Shown: positions 62,109 through 64,000 of the stretch, in pieces
Layout of the letters: each line of letters opens with the position of its first letter
Numbering within the stretch: the first letter of the stretch is position 1
DNA from: an uncultured Desulfospira sp.
Lineage (GTDB): Bacteria; Desulfobacterota; Desulfobacteria; Desulfobacterales; Desulfobacteraceae
Assembly (NCBI GenBank): GCA_963663165.1
Contig: OY760175.1
Location: forward strand, 5,312,001-5,376,000
Direction: 5' to 3'
Length of the DNA: 64,000 nucleotides
Translations under genes and position numbers: made by a program
The notes under the pieces: model-generated
What the model was told of the DNA's origin: nothing
Seen by the model: the letters and a program-made list of their open reading frames with translations, nothing else
The model's database searches: none

Positions 62109-63263
62109 TCAGGCGCTTTCGCGGGCAGTGGCTTCCTCGGCCAGATAAAGATCAACCACTTCTTTGGGCGACAGGGACCTTTTTTGCTCAAGGGCGGTTT
62201 GCCTGATCAGCGATAAGATTTTCTCGCCCTGGGACCGGGTAATGGATATGCCCTGGGTCTTCATGGCATGATGGATACCGGCAAACCCGGAATGAAAACC
62301 ATTGACCAGGGCCGCTTTTTCATGGCCCACGGTTTCAGGGGTAAAGGGCTGATAGGAGAGGGGGTTTTTCAGCAGGCCGGAACAGTGGATGCCGGATTCA
62401 TGCCAGAAGACCCTGGACCCGACAATGGGTTTGGAGGGATGGAGGGGGGTGCCCGAAGCCCGGGAAACCAGGTCGCAAAGTTCTGAAAGCCCGGCAAGAT
62501 CAATTCCGGTTCCCATCTTGTCCACCCGGGACAGGGCCATTGCCACCTCTTCTAAAGCAGCATTCCCGGCCCGTTCCCCGATGCCGTTCACGGTTACGCT
62601 AAGGGTCTGCGCCCCGGCCATGGCCGCGCTCACCGCATTGGCCGTTGCCATGCCAAGGTCATTATGGCCGTGGAACCCGAGTTGAAGTGCCGGCATTTTT
62701 TTTAACAGGCCTGACACCAGCGTCATGATCGTGGCCGGGTTGGCAACGCCCACGGTGTCGGCTATGGTGACCCGGTTGACGCCAAGGCTTAAGGCCTTGG
62801 CCATAAGCAATTCCAGGAATGGTAAATCCGCCCGGGTGGCGTCCTGGAAACCAAGGGAGATCCGGTCAAAGTACGTTTTAGCGCTGTTGATGCAGTCTTC
62901 CATCCGCTCCAGGACCCAGGCCTCATCCTTGTTAAATGTCCGGAGCAGGATGGAAGATGCAGGAAAGCTGATATGTACGCCTGGAGTACCGCACTCCGAG
63001 GCTTTTTCAATGTCCTCCTTTCCCGCCCTGCACCAGGAAACAAGGGCACAAGGCAGATTTAAACGGGTTAACGCTTTGATCTGGCTGATTGCCGGCTCTC
63101 CCATGGCCGGGATGCCGGCTTCCATTTCATCCACACCGGACCCGGCCAGTGCCCGGGCGATGTCAAGCTTTTCCGAAGTGCTGAACACCACCCCGGGGGC
63201 CTGTTCACCGTCCCGGAGAGTGGTATCCGAGATCCTGATGTGAATGGTTTTTTTTTCAGCCAT
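62109..63263 (-). CDS. nifV: Homocitrate synthase
   Basis: DTTLRDGEQAPG, EAGIPAMG, HGHNDLGMATAN, GERAGNA, HESGIH. Located downstream of nifB. Confidence 0.88.
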   Translation of the reverse strand: MAEKKTIHIRISDTTLRDGEQAPGVVFSTSEKLDIARALAGSGVDEMEAGIPAMGEPAISQIKALTRLNLPCALVSWCRAGKEDIEKASECGTPGVHISFPASSILLRTFNKDEAWVLERMEDCINSAKTYFDRISLGFQDATRADLPFLELLMAKALSLGVNRVTIADTVGVANPATIMTLVSGLLKKMPALQLGFHGHNDLGMATANAVSAAMAGAQTLSVTVNGIGERAGNAALEEVAMALSRVDKMGTGIDLAGLSELCDLVSRASGTPLHPSKPIVGSRVFWHESGIHCSGLLKNPLSYQPFTPETVGHEKAALVNGFHSGFAGIHHAMKTQGISITRSQGEKILSLIRQTALEQKRSLSPKEVVDLYLAEEATARESA

Positions 63264-63341
63264 TTTAAATTCCTTGTAATTTAGCTGTTAGCCCTTAGCA
63301 TTTAGCCGTTAACTGTCCGCGACGGCCTAACAGCTAACAGC

Positions 63342-63650
63342 TTAATCCAATATATACTCTTCAGCAACTTTGCCGTCTTCCAGGGCATCGAGAATCTCGT
63401 CTATGGCATCCTCGGAATCCACGTTGCCGTACCAGATATTCTCCGGGTAGACCACCATAACGGGTCCCTGGTCACAGAGCTTAAGGCAGCAGGTGGAGGA
63501 AACGATAACCCCTTCAAGGTCCCGGTCAATGATCTCATTTTCGATATAAGGCAGAAAGCTGATGCTGTTTTTCTTGTGGCACTTGCCTTTGGGTTCTCCT
63601 GATGGCCTGAAGCTTGCGCATACTAAAATATGGTGTTTGGGTTTTTTCAT
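63342..63650 (-). CDS. Thioredoxin-like [2Fe-2S] ferredoxin
   Basis: HILVC..GKC..CLKLCDQGPVMVVYPENIWYG. Confidence 0.9.
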   Translation of the reverse strand: MKKPKHHILVCASFRPSGEPKGKCHKKNSISFLPYIENEIIDRDLEGVIVSSTCCLKLCDQGPVMVVYPENIWYGNVDSEDAIDEILDALEDGKVAEEYILD

Positions 63651-63686
63651 TTTACAATCCTTTTCTAACTTCTTGTTTCGATTTTC

Positions 63687-63748
63687 TCGTATCTCGTATC
63701 TTGTATCTCGTATCTTGTATCTCGTATCTTGTTTCTTGTATCTTGTTT
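63687..63748. repeat. Heptamer tandem repeat (TYGTATC)n
   Basis: tcgtatc/ttgtatc repeated about 8 times with decay. Confidence 0.85.
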
Positions 63749-63760
63749 CTAGTTTCTTGC

Positions 63761-64000
63761 TCACATGCACCCCATGCCCGATCCCTGGCACGCTCCTGAG
63801 CGGGTTCTTTCCCGGACTTTGAGATGGCTGATGCCGGTATTGTTTTTAATGCCGCTGATCACCTCGGAGATCAGGCCGTTGACTTCAAAAATGAGGATGC
63901 CCTTCTGGCTTAATATGGATTTTGGGGACTTTCCAATGCCGGAGACCAGGAGCATGTCACAGTCTTCGATGATGCCGGCGGTTTTTTCCCATCTGGATTC
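63761..64000 (-). CDS. nifB: C-terminus of nitrogenase cofactor biosynthesis protein NifB (NifB/NifX domain), partial
   Basis: RW..IIEDCDMLLVSGIGKSP..L..GI..EVNGLI and Cys-Gly tail CQGSGMGC. Context is ferredoxin and nifV. Confidence 0.7.
   Translation of the reverse strand, partial: ESRWEKTAGIIEDCDMLLVSGIGKSPKSILSQKGILIFEVNGLISEVISGIKNNTGISHLKVRERTRSGACQGSGMGCM

Noticed and set aside
63651..63791. Repetitive N-terminal extension (TRYKIRD...) on the ferredoxin
   Set aside because: It is just translation through the intergenic heptamer repeat. The real start is ATG 63650 after AAGGA.

Overview
This is a GC-rich bacterial chromosome segment. Gene content and intergenic repeat style suggest a sulfate-reducing deltaproteobacterium of the Desulfobacteraceae type (inference). 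In order it holds: the end of a flagellar operon (fliJ, MotE/MgtE_N-like), a giant secreted Cys-rich repeat protein, tilS, an AraC/methyltransferase/CoA-activase/FmdE module, MFS and TetR genes, an SPFH pair, a MarR-controlled RND pump, two pseudogene relics, a tandem radical SAM/SPASM gene coupled to a membrane HEAT-repeat protein, a Liv-type ABC transporter with a phenylacetate-CoA-ligase-like gene, a deletion scar, Lrp, an MCP, a diguanylate cyclase, an orphan dnaK, a rhodanese/multiheme cytochrome/fdhD locus, a hybrid kinase with an HD-GYP regulator, nth, and the tail of a nif cluster (nifB, ferredoxin, nifV). Main highlights: (1) a double radical SAM/SPASM enzyme whose coupled neighbour ends in a tail with five His-x-Asp motifs, a candidate protein-modification system; (2) an 11-heme cytochrome c split by an in-frame UGA followed by a SECIS-like hairpin, a likely selenoprotein; (3) a Phe-rich leader-peptide attenuator absent from the ORF track; (4) a second uORF ending in PPP before a terminator; (5) an ISAs1-type MITE with an intact target-site duplication, plus other small repeat families. 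No rRNA, tRNA or CRISPR array was seen.
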